In this document: positions 5,062 to 14,431 of the stretch, piece by piece
Layout: each line of letters starts with the position of its first letter
How positions within the stretch are numbered: the stretch's first letter is position 1
Assembly (NCBI GenBank): GCA_004284765.1
Contig: NQJD01000024.1
Coordinates: 4,456 to 36,455, forward strand
Reading direction: 5' to 3'
DNA: 32,000 bases
From: Candidatus Electronema aureum
GTDB taxonomy: Bacteria; Desulfobacterota; Desulfobulbia; Desulfobulbales; Desulfobulbaceae
Program-made: the position numbers and the translations under genes
The notes under the pieces: generated by a model
Told to the model about the DNA's origin: nothing
The model's input: the letters and a program-made list of their open reading frames with translations, nothing else
Databases searched by the model: none

Positions 5062-7872
5062 TCACCCTGCCAGATTGCGGACAACGGCGGCGCAGCGGCT
5101 GCACAGGGCAGGATGCTCGCTGTCTTGGCCGACGCTGGGGGAGAGCATCCAGCAGCGCTCGCATTTACCGCCCGGCGCGGGCCGCACCGCGATCTTCAGC
5201 CCGGTGATTTCCTCGGAGGCGGTGAAGGCGGCCTCGTCTGCTGTGCTGGCCATTTTCAGGCTGGAGACGATGCACAGCTCGCGCAGCAGCTCTTCTTTGC
5301 CGACAAGGAAGGCCGCCAACTCTCCTTCCGCGCACAGCAGCACCTCGGCATCCAAAGACAGGCCGATGGTCTTGTCGCGGCGGGCGGCCTCCAGCACCTT
5401 GGTGATTTCGCCGCGCAGAGCCAGCAGGCGACTCCAGCGCGTGTCCAGCTCGGCATCAGTGGTGATGTCATCAACCTTGGGGAATGCAGCAAAAAAGACC
5501 GACTGCTCAATGGGCGAGTTCTCGTCCAAGCCGTGCAGATGCTCCCACGCCTCGGCAGCGGTGACGCTGAGAATCGGGGCCATCAGGCGGAGCAGACCGT
5601 CGAGAATCCGATGCAGCACGGTCTGCGCTGCGCGGCGGCCCGGAGCGTTGGTGCCGGAGCAATACAGCCGGTCTTTGAGGATGTCGGCGTAGAGACTGGA
5701 GATGGTGATGCCGCAGAAGTTGATCAGGTTGTGGTAGATGGAGTGGAACTCGTAGCTCTCATACGCACGTTCCGTTCGACGCACGAAATCGGCGTAGCGG
5801 GCCAAGGCCCAGCGGTCCAGCTCGCGCAGCTGCTCCGGCCCGACGCTGTCCTTGGCCGGGTCGAAATCGCTGAGATTCGAGAGCAGGAAGCGGACAGTGT
5901 TGCGGATTTTGCGGTAGGCATCAGCAACATGGCGGAGGATTTCCTCCGAAACCTTGACATCGTCGCGGTAATCCTCGCAGGCCACCCAGAGACGGAGTAT
6001 CTCCGCCCCAAATTTGTCAATCATTTCCTGTGGCAGGATGACATTGCCCAAGGATTTGGACATCTTCTTGCCCTTGCCGTCCACGACAAAGCCGTGCGTG
6101 AGCACGCCCTTGAACGGCGCGCAATCACGGGTACCGACCGAAGTCAGTAGCGAAGACTGGAACCAGCCGCGATGCTGGTCGCTGCCTTCGAGGTACAAAT
6201 CCGCAGGCGAGCGCAGCTCTGGCCGTGCCTCCAAGACCGCCGCGTGGCTCACGCCAGAATCGAACCAGACATCGAGAATGTCGTGCTCTTTCTCAAACTT
6301 GCTGCTGCCGCAGGCGCACTGCGTCCCGACAGGGATGAAATCCGCCGCCTCGTGCTGGAACCAAGCATCCGCGCCTTCCTGGGCAAACAGCTCCTCAATC
6401 TTGGCGCAGACTTCGGCGTTTTTGAGGATATCGCCGCAGCTGGCGCAAGTCAGCACGGTCAGCGGCACGCCCCACGAGCGTTGGCGCGACAGGCACCAGT
6501 CAGGCCGCCCTTCAACCATGCCTTGAATCCGCTGCTCGCCCCAAGCTGGTGTCCACTGCACTGCCTTGATGGCGGCCAAGGCCTTCTGGCGCAGCTCGTT
6601 CTGCTCCATCGAAATAAACCATTGCTTGGTGGCCCGGTAGATGACCGGCTTCTTGCAACGCCAGCAGTGCGGGTAGGAGTGGTCGATCTCGCTCTCCTTG
6701 ACCAAAACCCCGGCGGCAGCCATGTCGTCGTTGATCTCCCGGTTGACCATCGGGATGCGGCGGCCCGCGTACTTGCCAGCCTCGCCCGTGTATTGCCCCG
6801 CGTCGTCCAAGGGCGAGAGCACTTCCAAGCCGTAGCGCAGGCCGGTCAGGTAGTCGTCGGTGCCGTGGCCAGGCGCGGTGTGAACGCAGCCGGTGCCGGA
6901 ATCAGCGGTGACGTAATCAGCCAGCACGATCAGCGAGTCGCGCTCAAGGAAGGGATGACGGCATTTCTTACCTTCCAAGCCTTTGGCCGAGAAGGTGCAG
7001 AGGATGCTGTAGTCACTGATGCCGAACTCGGTGAAGCATTTCTCCACCAGCTCTTTGGCGAGTATCCAGATTTCATCGCGCACCGCCACTGCCGCATAGA
7101 CAAAATCCGGGTGGAAGGCCACGGCCATGTTGGCGGGCAGCGTCCACGGAGTGGTGGTCCAGATCAGGACAGAGACCTTGCGCTCCTGCCCCGCCAGCTC
7201 AGGAATGATCTCGCTCAGGTCGTCGGCAAAGGGGAATTTGACGTAAATGGACGGCGAGCTGTGGTTGTAGTATTCCACCTCAGCCTCGGCTAAGGCAGTG
7301 CGGCAGCTGGAGCACCAATAGACTGGCTTCTTCGAGCGGATCACCCCGCCGTTGAGCAGGAAGCGGTTGAACTCGCGGGCAATGGCAGCCTCATAGCCGT
7401 AGCTCATGGTCAGATAGGGGTTGTCCCAATCACCCAAGACACCCAGCCGCCGGAACTGCGCCTTCTGCGCGTTAATCCACTGCTCCGCATAGCGACGGCA
7501 GGCCCCGCGCTTCTCCAGCGTGGAGATCACTTCCTTGCGCTCGCCCAGTTCCTTATCCACGTTATGCTCGATAGGCAGACCGTGGCAATCCCAGCCCGGC
7601 ACATAAGGGGCGTTGAACCCAGCCATGCGCCGCGATTTAAGGATGATGTCCTTGAGCACCTTGTTAAAGGCCGTACCAAGATGGATGTTGCCGTTGGCGT
7701 AGGGCGGGCCGTCATGCAGAGTGAACAGGGGCCGGTCCGCCGCAGCCTGCTGGAGCTTCTCGTACAGCTTCTCCCTGTCCCAGCGTTCCAGATACTGCGG
7801 CTCCTTCTGGGTCAGACTGGCCTTCATATTGAACCCGGTCTTGGGCAGGTTCAGGGTGTCCCGATAATCCAT
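5062..7872 (-). CDS. ileS: Isoleucine--tRNA ligase (type 1, C-terminal Zn-finger)
   Basis: The start was set at MDYRDTLNLPKTGFNMKA, matching the E. coli N-terminus. HIGH-type (PYANGNIHLGTA) and KMSKS motifs are present. The C-terminus has CERCW...CSRC. Confidence 0.96.
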   Translation of the reverse strand: MDYRDTLNLPKTGFNMKASLTQKEPQYLERWDREKLYEKLQQAAADRPLFTLHDGPPYANGNIHLGTAFNKVLKDIILKSRRMAGFNAPYVPGWDCHGLPIEHNVDKELGERKEVISTLEKRGACRRYAEQWINAQKAQFRRLGVLGDWDNPYLTMSYGYEAAIAREFNRFLLNGGVIRSKKPVYWCSSCRTALAEAEVEYYNHSSPSIYVKFPFADDLSEIIPELAGQERKVSVLIWTTTPWTLPANMAVAFHPDFVYAAVAVRDEIWILAKELVEKCFTEFGISDYSILCTFSAKGLEGKKCRHPFLERDSLIVLADYVTADSGTGCVHTAPGHGTDDYLTGLRYGLEVLSPLDDAGQYTGEAGKYAGRRIPMVNREINDDMAAAGVLVKESEIDHSYPHCWRCKKPVIYRATKQWFISMEQNELRQKALAAIKAVQWTPAWGEQRIQGMVEGRPDWCLSRQRSWGVPLTVLTCASCGDILKNAEVCAKIEELFAQEGADAWFQHEAADFIPVGTQCACGSSKFEKEHDILDVWFDSGVSHAAVLEARPELRSPADLYLEGSDQHRGWFQSSLLTSVGTRDCAPFKGVLTHGFVVDGKGKKMSKSLGNVILPQEMIDKFGAEILRLWVACEDYRDDVKVSEEILRHVADAYRKIRNTVRFLLSNLSDFDPAKDSVGPEQLRELDRWALARYADFVRRTERAYESYEFHSIYHNLINFCGITISSLYADILKDRLYCSGTNAPGRRAAQTVLHRILDGLLRLMAPILSVTAAEAWEHLHGLDENSPIEQSVFFAAFPKVDDITTDAELDTRWSRLLALRGEITKVLEAARRDKTIGLSLDAEVLLCAEGELAAFLVGKEELLRELCIVSSLKMASTADEAAFTASEEITGLKIAVRPAPGGKCERCWMLSPSVGQDSEHPALCSRCAAVVRNLAG

Positions 7873-8041
7873 GATTATTCTCGCGGAAAAGAAGATATTG
7901 TTGTTTTGACAATTCACGCCTGCGGGCAGCCCGCTTTAGCGATGCAGGCAGGAGGCAAAACTAAAAGATTTTACTCGGACATGGGGAAGATGCAAGGGAA
8001 AACGGTCTGATCGCCGGGCAGCAGCGAGCGGTGAAGTTTGC

Positions 8042-8890
8042 TTATCCTCGCTCAAACTTCTTGCGGAAATAGTCGTAAGCCGCATTGATCTCCTTCATCT
8101 TCTCCTCGGCCACACGCTTGAACTCCGCACCCAGATGCGCCACCTTGTCAGGATGATACTGCATGGAAAGCTGACGGTAGGCTTTCTTGATCACAGCGAA
8201 GTCAGCGTTTTCCTCCACGCCCAGCACGGTGCGCCAGCGCAATTCCTGGCTGGCTGCTGTTGCCATGCTCGCGCCGCTGGTATGGTGGCCGTAGCGGTAT
8301 TTGTTCTCGATAGTCTGCCGCTCGTAGGTGCTGATCTGAAGGAAGGCGGCGATGCGGCGGGCAAATTCCAGCTGCTGCTCCAGCACCGGTTTGGCGGTGT
8401 AGATGATCTGGTAGATCAACTCCAAGAGAATCAGGCGCGGCTCATAGGCAAAGCTGGTGCGGAACTCGGTCAATAGTTCCTCCAAATCCTGACTACTGTC
8501 TCTGGCCTGCTTGATCAATTGTTTGACCCAGTACATCTGCTCCTGATTGTAGCGGAGCGAGTGCTGGAAGAAGTTGAGCATAGTGCGCAGCTCAGACTGG
8601 GTAAAGCGTCCGTCCGTCTTGGCAATGCTCACCAAGATGTTGACCAGCAGATAGACAAAGCGGTTGTGGCTGGCAGTTTGTGAGCGTTCGTAGGCGGCGG
8701 CCCGCTTGCGCATGGAATAGACGAAGCCGAAGAAGGCGGCAGCTCCAATCAGCGGCACAGCGACTGCGAGCAAGAGGAGCCACGAGACAAAATTGCCCAC
8801 TGCCTGCCAACCGCCAACGGCTAGCAGGATAAGGACGATAATCAGGAGGCAGCCGCCGCAGCCGGGCGTGCTGGATTGGCGTTTTCCCAT
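8042..8890 (-). CDS. djlA: DjlA-like membrane co-chaperone (N-terminal TM segments, TerB-like middle region, C-terminal J-domain)
   Basis: 282 aa with two hydrophobic N-terminal segments. The TerB-like region reads IAKTDGRFTQSE. The C-terminal J-domain reads VLGVEENADFAVIKKAYRQLSMQYHPDK. Confidence 0.7.
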   Translation of the reverse strand: MGKRQSSTPGCGGCLLIIVLILLAVGGWQAVGNFVSWLLLLAVAVPLIGAAAFFGFVYSMRKRAAAYERSQTASHNRFVYLLVNILVSIAKTDGRFTQSELRTMLNFFQHSLRYNQEQMYWVKQLIKQARDSSQDLEELLTEFRTSFAYEPRLILLELIYQIIYTAKPVLEQQLEFARRIAAFLQISTYERQTIENKYRYGHHTSGASMATAASQELRWRTVLGVEENADFAVIKKAYRQLSMQYHPDKVAHLGAEFKRVAEEKMKEINAAYDYFRKKFERG

Positions 8891-8902
8891 CAGACTGGCG
8901 GC

Positions 8903-9982
8903 TTAGATTGGTTGCGGTTCGCTGCCCGCGTCATCGCGGCTGAACAAAGCATCAACAAACTCCTGCGGATCAAAGTCGCGCAGGTCGTCGGCCTGCTCGC
9001 CGATGCCGATGAAGCGCACCGGAATTTTCAGCTCGTGGCAGATGTTGGCGACAATGCCGCCCTTAGCTGTACCGTCCAATTTGGTTAAGGTCAGGCCAGT
9101 TACGCCCACTGCCTCATGAAAGAGCTTGGCCTGCGAAAGGGCGTTCTGGCCGGTGGTGGCATCCAAGACCAGCATGACCTCATGCGGCGCGCTGGGCATG
9201 TTCTTGCCGATCACCCGCCGTATCTTCTTCAGCTCCTCCATCAAATTGACGCTGGTGTGCAGCCGTCCAGCAGTGTCAATGATGATCACGTCGTACTTCT
9301 TGGCGATGCCCTTGGCCACGCCGTCAAAGACCACTGAGGAAGGATCCGCCTTGGGCAGCCCGCTATGCACCTCCACGCCGGTGCGCTCGCCCCAGATCTT
9401 GAGCTGGTCAATGGCAGCGGCGCGGAAGGTGTCGCCCGCCACTAACAATACCGATTGGCCGGACTTAACAAACTTGGCGGCAATCTTGCCGATAGAGGTG
9501 GTCTTGCCCACGCCATTCACGCCCACCACCATGATCACAAAGGGGCCGGACTCCGGCAGCACCAGCTCTGCCGGGCGGTTGGAAGCAAGGAGGAAGGCGA
9601 GAATCTGCTCGCGCAGCACCTGTTTCAGGGCCTGCGGATCACTGAGCTGGTCACGCTTAACCCGCTCCTTGGCCGTCTCCAGCAGATGCAGGGCCGTATT
9701 CACACCCAAATCAGCAGTGATCAGCAATTCCTCCAGCTCATCATACAGCTCCTGGTCAATCTTCTTCCGGCCAAGCAGCAGGCGGTCAAGCCGATGCACC
9801 AAGGTGTCTCGACTCTTACCCAGCCGCTCTTGCAACCGTTTGAACATCGAGGGCTTTTGCTGCTCAACGCCAGCCGCCGGTGGGGGTCGCGAAGAGGCAG
9901 CCTCCTGTTCGGCAGGCGGGGCGGCAGCAGTTACCGCAGGCTCCTCCTGTTGGAAGAATTTCTTTTTAAACCAGCCCAGCAT
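8903..9982 (-). CDS. ftsY: Signal recognition particle receptor FtsY
   Basis: 359 aa with the SRP-GTPase motifs [28 protein letters not shown] and PVRFIGIGE. Confidence 0.94.
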   Translation of the reverse strand: MLGWFKKKFFQQEEPAVTAAAPPAEQEAASSRPPPAAGVEQQKPSMFKRLQERLGKSRDTLVHRLDRLLLGRKKIDQELYDELEELLITADLGVNTALHLLETAKERVKRDQLSDPQALKQVLREQILAFLLASNRPAELVLPESGPFVIMVVGVNGVGKTTSIGKIAAKFVKSGQSVLLVAGDTFRAAAIDQLKIWGERTGVEVHSGLPKADPSSVVFDGVAKGIAKKYDVIIIDTAGRLHTSVNLMEELKKIRRVIGKNMPSAPHEVMLVLDATTGQNALSQAKLFHEAVGVTGLTLTKLDGTAKGGIVANICHELKIPVRFIGIGEQADDLRDFDPQEFVDALFSRDDAGSEPQPI

Positions 9983-10049
9983 AGCTCGTAACCCTCTTGG
10001 ATAATGTCATTTTTATATAGCTGAAGCCGAAGGGAACCTCCCTCCCATC

Positions 10050-10127
10050 CATGCCAAATACATGCTGGCATGTTCCTCAAATACATGCAGAATGGTTTCT
10101 GGAACACATGCCGGATGCAAGCATGTG
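10050..10127. promoter_or_regulatory. Cluster of CATGC-containing inverted and direct repeats in the lon-ftsY intergenic region
   Basis: IR1 is catgcca-N9-tggcatg (10050-10072). IR2 is cacatgc-N9-gcatgtg (10105-10127). The direct repeat caaatacatgc occurs at 10055-10065 and 10078-10088. The cluster lies upstream of the ftsY start (9982). Function is unknown. Confidence 0.25.
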
Positions 10128-10132
10128 GCAAT

Positions 10133-10160
10133 GTATGGGCAAAAAATTTTTCGCCCATAC
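10133..10160 (-). terminator. Hairpin downstream of the lon stop
   Basis: gtatgggc-aaaaaatttttc-gcccatac forms a stem that extends into the A/T run. It lies 25 nt after the lon stop and belongs to the same 28-nt family as 1085-1112. Confidence 0.45.
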
Positions 10161-10185
10161 TCAAGTTGCAGCTTATGCAGGAAAG

Positions 10186-12561
10186 CTATTGCTCCGCCTG
10201 TTTGTCGAGAACAAACTCCAGAGCTTCCTCGATGGTGTGCGGGTAGCGGAAGACCGCCTCGGCGCGCACCTTCTCAGGCATTTCCAGCACATCCTGCTCG
10301 TTCTGCGGCGGCAGAATCAGTTCTTTGATCCCGGCCCGCAAGGCGGCCAGCACCTTCTCGTTGATGCCGCCGACCGGCAGCACGTCGCCGCGCAGGGTGA
10401 TCTCGCCGGTCATGGCCACGTCGCGGCGCAGCGGTTTGCCGCTGATCACCGAGTAAAGCGCGCTGACCATCGCCACGCCAGCAGAAGGGCCGTCCTTGGG
10501 AGTCGCGCCTTCCGGGACATGGACGTGCAGATCAATCTGCGAGAACACATCCTCGTCAATGTTCAAGGCTGTTGCATGAGAGCGGAGATAAGTCAGGGCG
10601 GCAGCGGCGGATTCCTTCATCACGTCGCCGAGCTTGCCGGTCAGACTGAGACCGCCTTTGCCCTTCATCTTCGAGGTCTCAATGAAGAGTATCTTGCCGC
10701 CAACCGGTGTCCACGCCAAGCCCGTGGCTAATCCTGCTCCCCAGTTGCGGGCTTTGACCTCTGGGAAATAGTGAATCACACCGAGGTAGTCGTGCAGACT
10801 CTCCGGCGTAACCACGATCTTCTCTTTGTTGCCACGCACGATATTGGCAGCCACGCCCCGGCAGACTGAGGCCAGTTCGCGCTCCAAGTTGCGCACGCCC
10901 GCCTCGCGGGTATAAGAGCGGATCAGCTCCAGCAAGGCCGCGTCGCCCATCTCCAGATTATCCGGGGTGAGGGCGTGCTCTTGCAGCTGCTTGGGTAGCA
11001 AATAGCGGCGGGCGATATCCACCTTCTCATTCTCAGTATAACTGGAAAGCTCCACCACCTCCATGCGGTCACGCAGCGGGCCGGGGATGGTGTCGAGCAT
11101 GTTGGCCGTGGCGATGAAGAGTATCTTGGACAAGTCAAACTCCATGTCCAGATAATGATCACGGAAGGTGGAGTTCTGTTCCGGGTCCAGCACTTCGAGC
11201 AGGGCCGAGGAAGGATCGCCCCGGAAGTCGCTGCCCAATTTGTCTATTTCGTCTAAGAGCACAACCGGGTTCTTCGAGTCTGCCCGCTTCAGGCTCTGGA
11301 TGATCCGGCCCGGCAATGCGCCAATGTAGGTGCGCCGATGGCCGCGAATCTCGGCCTCGTCACGCAGACCGCCCAAGGCCATGCGGATGAACTTACGGCC
11401 CATTGTTTTCGCAATAGACTGGCCGAGTGAAGTCTTGCCCACGCCCGGAGGACCGGCAAGGCAAAGAATCGGCCCTTGAATGTCGTTCTTCAGCTTGCGC
11501 ACAGCAAGGAATTCAAGGATGCGCTTCTTCACCTGGCCGAGGCCGTAATGCTCGTTGTCCAAGTCATGCTCGGCTTTGTCCAGATCAAGCGTGTCTTCGG
11601 TGGTCTTGTTCCACGGCAGATCGAGGATCCAGTCCACATAGTTGCGGGCCACCGAGTGTTCAGGAGACGACGGAGAAATCCGCTCCAAACGGGCCAGCTC
11701 CTTGTTCACCGCCTTCTGTGCTTCCTCGCTCAGACCGGCGGCTTCAGCTTTCTTGCGCAGCTCGGTCAGTTCAGCCTTGCCGTCAGACTCCTCCCCAAGC
11801 TCCTTGCGGATGGCCTCCATCTGCTGCCGGAGAAAGAACTCGCGCTGCTTGCCGTCAATCTCCTTCTTGATGTCCTCTTGGAGCTTGTTGCTCATTGCCA
11901 CGGTTTCAAGCCGCTTATTCAGCTCGCGGGCCACCCGATGCAGCAGCAGGTTGATCTCGATGATCTCCAGAATCTCCTGTTCTTCCTCAACCTTGAGGTT
12001 GAGCTGCGAGGCAACCAAATAAGCAATGTGGTAAGGGTCGGTGATTGCGTCAAGGGTAGCAAGAATCTCCTCTGGCATCTCCATCAGCTTGCCCAGCTTT
12101 TTAAACTGATTGCGGAGATTAAGGAGCAGGGCCTGCATCTCGTTGTTGTCCTCATCAAAGACCATTGGCAGCTTGGTAATCCTGCCTTCAATCCAAGGCA
12201 ACTCTTGAGTGTACTCAGTTACTGCCAGCTTATGCACCCCGCTGACCAGTACCTGATAATAGCCTTCGTCGAACTTGGTCACATTGTGAATGTAGCCGAC
12301 CACGCCAACCCGGTGCAGGTCTTTACTGGTGATCTCCTCAGTAACTGAAGCCTGCTTTTTATGACACAGCACCAAACCGATCATTCGGTCGCCGCTCATG
12401 GCATGATCCACGAGTTGCATAGCCGAGGTGCTGCCGATTTGGAGCGGGAATCCCATACCGGGGAAAAAGACGAAACCATGCAGCGGCATGATCGGCAGAA
12501 TGTCGGGCACGGGCAGGCTGGCAGGGTCTTTCTGTCTGCTGGCTTGAGCTTGTTCTTCCAT
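10186..12561 (-). CDS. lon: ATP-dependent Lon protease
   Basis: 791 aa. It has an N-terminal LON substrate-binding domain, a Walker A motif (GPPGVGKTS), and a proteolytic domain with PKDGPSAG (catalytic Ser). The SD sequence GGAGAA precedes the ATG. Confidence 0.96.
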   Translation of the reverse strand: MEEQAQASRQKDPASLPVPDILPIMPLHGFVFFPGMGFPLQIGSTSAMQLVDHAMSGDRMIGLVLCHKKQASVTEEITSKDLHRVGVVGYIHNVTKFDEGYYQVLVSGVHKLAVTEYTQELPWIEGRITKLPMVFDEDNNEMQALLLNLRNQFKKLGKLMEMPEEILATLDAITDPYHIAYLVASQLNLKVEEEQEILEIIEINLLLHRVARELNKRLETVAMSNKLQEDIKKEIDGKQREFFLRQQMEAIRKELGEESDGKAELTELRKKAEAAGLSEEAQKAVNKELARLERISPSSPEHSVARNYVDWILDLPWNKTTEDTLDLDKAEHDLDNEHYGLGQVKKRILEFLAVRKLKNDIQGPILCLAGPPGVGKTSLGQSIAKTMGRKFIRMALGGLRDEAEIRGHRRTYIGALPGRIIQSLKRADSKNPVVLLDEIDKLGSDFRGDPSSALLEVLDPEQNSTFRDHYLDMEFDLSKILFIATANMLDTIPGPLRDRMEVVELSSYTENEKVDIARRYLLPKQLQEHALTPDNLEMGDAALLELIRSYTREAGVRNLERELASVCRGVAANIVRGNKEKIVVTPESLHDYLGVIHYFPEVKARNWGAGLATGLAWTPVGGKILFIETSKMKGKGGLSLTGKLGDVMKESAAAALTYLRSHATALNIDEDVFSQIDLHVHVPEGATPKDGPSAGVAMVSALYSVISGKPLRRDVAMTGEITLRGDVLPVGGINEKVLAALRAGIKELILPPQNEQDVLEMPEKVRAEAVFRYPHTIEEALEFVLDKQAEQ

Positions 12562-12634
12562 GCGTTCTCCGGGAAGTTATATTTATTCTGAAATGCTGAA
12601 GAGATTGCGCAGCGATTTTAACGGCACCGGCCTC

Positions 12635-12664
12635 ACTATACTGCCTCTACCCGGCAGAAAGCAA
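12635..12664 (-). promoter_or_regulatory. Possible sigma70-type promoter for lon
   Basis: The minus strand reads TTGCTT-N18-TATAGT about 75 nt upstream of the lon ATG. This is a pattern match only. Confidence 0.25.
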
Positions 12665-12907
12665 GCAGTGGGCGGCAGGATAGATGATTTTTCGATAGAT
12701 AAGGAAAAAGGAAGCTCTTGAAAAAGACGCTGAATACTCTGTGTGCAGCTCCTATTTGGTATCCACACTGCACCAAAACGCATTGCGCGTTAAGCACTTA
12801 TGTGGTTGACTGCTGCGACCTGACTGTCACACTACGGAAGAAGCTGCACAAAAAAGCCTTCCAATATCTGCCAACATGCAGTATATTTTTTGTGCTTCCT
12901 TCTCACT

Positions 12908-12984
12908 GCGCCCGTAGCTCAACTGGATAGAGCATCGGACTTCGAATCCGAGGGTCGGGGGTTCAAATCCCTCCGGGCGCACCA
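12908..12984 (+). tRNA. tRNA-Arg (anticodon TCG)
   Basis: I folded the cloverleaf by hand. The acceptor stem is GCGCCCG/CGGGCGC, the D-arm GCTC..GAGC and the anticodon stem TCGGA/TCCGA with loop CT-TCG-AA. The T-arm is GGGGG-TTCAAAT-CCCTC, and the 3' end has an encoded CCA. Confidence 0.9.
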
Positions 12985-13133
12985 GTTGTTTCATTCTGCG
13001 GTTTCTCTTCCTTGCAGTAAATCCTTCCCTGTCTGTATTTCTCAACGCCTTGACAAATACCAACGAACGTATCAGCAGCAGACTGTTTCCTTCCACCTTC
13101 ATCCTCCACGTAAGTTCAAAGCACACAGCTCTC

Positions 13134-13162
13134 TTGCCGATGTGCGCAAAGTGCTGTAATCT
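13134..13162 (+). promoter_or_regulatory. Possible sigma70-type promoter for aroK
   Basis: TTGCCG-N17-TAATCT lies about 45 nt upstream of the aroK ATG. This is a pattern match only. Confidence 0.25.
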
Positions 13163-13208
13163 TACCGCAGGCGAGACGGAAAGAGGAAAATGGCACAAGG
13201 TGGAGCTG

Positions 13209-13781
13209 ATGAATGAAGCGGATGCGCGGAGGACTGGACTAATTGTGCTGACCGGTTTCCGCGCTACCGGCAAAACAGCGGTTGGCCGACTTTTAGCCCA
13301 GCTTTGTGGCTATGAGTTTGCCGACACCGACGCGATGCTAATCAAACGCATGGGCTGCTCTATCGCTGAGGCAATTGCCCAGCAAGGTTGGCAGTATTTC
13401 CGAGAGCAGGAGCGGCTTTTGCTGGTTGAGCTGGCTTCTTGGCGAAACACAGTGATTGCCACGGGCGGCGGCGCGATTCTTCATCAGCAAGAATGGGAGC
13501 TGCTGCGCAAGCAGGCCTTCGTGATTTGGCTGCGGACAGAGTTGGCAAGCACGTTAGCCCGCTTGCGGCAGGATGAAAACACTGCCGGGCAGCGGCCTGC
13601 GCTGCCATGTCAGGCATCAGGGCAGGGCTTGGAGGCGGAGACCGCTGCTCTGCTTGCCGAGCGCGAGCCGCTGTATCAGGCCGGTTCGGATGTGGTGGTT
13701 GAGACGGCGGAGAGAACAGCAGGGGAAGTGGCAGAGGCTGTATGCTCCCGCATAGGCTTGAAGCAATTCAATAAAAACTGA
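13209..13781 (+). CDS. aroK: Shikimate kinase
   Basis: I trimmed the track ORF (TTG at 13050) to the ATG at 13209 (MNEADARR...), which is preceded by AAGGTGGAG. It has a Walker A motif (LTGFRATGKTAVG), then DTD, GGG and the typical shikimate kinase layout. Confidence 0.88.
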   Translation: MNEADARRTGLIVLTGFRATGKTAVGRLLAQLCGYEFADTDAMLIKRMGCSIAEAIAQQGWQYFREQERLLLVELASWRNTVIATGGGAILHQQEWELLRKQAFVIWLRTELASTLARLRQDENTAGQRPALPCQASGQGLEAETAALLAEREPLYQAGSDVVVETAERTAGEVAEAVCSRIGLKQFNKN

Positions 13782-13794
13782 TTAAATCAATCAA

Positions 13795-14394
13795 ATGGAA
13801 ATTATTGCTTATGGAGAAGATGCTCTTACCTTATGGGCATTGAAAGAAAAACTCCCTGAGATTCTTGAATTACTGGATGACGATTCTAACCCCGCTGACT
13901 GTCAAATATTTTACCGGCCCAGTTTTGGACGTGGCGGTCGTAGCAAGAAGATGTTTGGCGAATTTGACTTTATTCTATTGGCAACGAAGACGCTTTATCT
14001 TGGAGAAAGCAAATGGAAGGGATCAAATGAGAAAATTAAAAATAATATTTTACAATTGCAACCTAATCAGGAGCAAAGACATAGGGTATTCAAATGTTAT
14101 GTCAATGAATGGGCTTTCGGAAATTATCTAAGCTGGCATAAGTTCAAGGGCGAAAAACAAGAATTTTTTGGTGTCGAAATTCCAAATGATAACGATGGAA
14201 TTGCTAGAAATTTACAAACGTTGCTCGGTATAATCAAAAAACATTTTACATCAGAGCCTGTTGTAAACAACGTACTGCTTTTCCTTCACGATGACACTGG
14301 GAAAATTCCTCAGAAAGCAAGTAGCGACTTTATTGTCGTGCCGATAGATTATTCAGAAGCATCTTTTGACAATTTCATTCGGCTCAAGCTGTAG
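13795..14394 (+). CDS. Hypothetical protein with a PD-(D/E)XK nuclease-like motif
   Basis: 199-aa ORF, conspicuously AT-rich compared with both neighbours. The motif is E8 ... D58 (GEFDFILL) ... E71-S-K73 (LYLGESKWKG). No SD sequence is evident. It sits 13 nt after the aroK stop and ends 37 nt before aroC. Confidence 0.55.
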   Translation: MEIIAYGEDALTLWALKEKLPEILELLDDDSNPADCQIFYRPSFGRGGRSKKMFGEFDFILLATKTLYLGESKWKGSNEKIKNNILQLQPNQEQRHRVFKCYVNEWAFGNYLSWHKFKGEKQEFFGVEIPNDNDGIARNLQTLLGIIKKHFTSEPVVNNVLLFLHDDTGKIPQKASSDFIVVPIDYSEASFDNFIRLKL

Positions 14395-14431
14395 CTCCGC
14401 CGAACAGATAACTATTTGACATTGCAACATC

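Noticed and set aside
4544-7293. Plus-strand ORFs 4544-5692 (382 aa), 5113-6150 (345 aa) and 6172-7293 (373 aa)
   Set aside because: They are antisense to lspA and ileS, which have strong family signatures. The translations are Arg/Ala/Gly-rich with no recognisable motifs.
7873-8041. Possible leader or riboswitch (T-box-like) upstream of ileS
   Set aside because: I could not recognise a specifier or antiterminator structure or any conserved T-box sequence. The region is short and only moderately structured.
10115-10131. Sigma54-like element on the minus strand (TGCCAC-atgc-TTGCA) upstream of ftsY
   Set aside because: The -24 GG is replaced by GC. The spacing between the -24 and -12 dinucleotides is one base short of the GG-N10-GC rule.
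9126-12348. Plus-strand ORFs 9126-10004, 10051-10731 and 11476-12348
   Set aside because: They are antisense to ftsY and lon. ORF 10051-10731 also runs through the intergenic hairpins.
12714-12745. CTTGAAA, a sigma32-type -35-like box, on the plus strand between lon and the tRNA
   Set aside because: No CCCCAT-type -10 follows at the right distance. The box points away from lon.
12908-13208. tRNA-Arg as an integration site for a genomic island
   Set aside because: No integrase ORF lies on either side. I did not spot a second copy of the tRNA 3' end. The AT-rich ORF at 13795 is separated from the tRNA by aroK.
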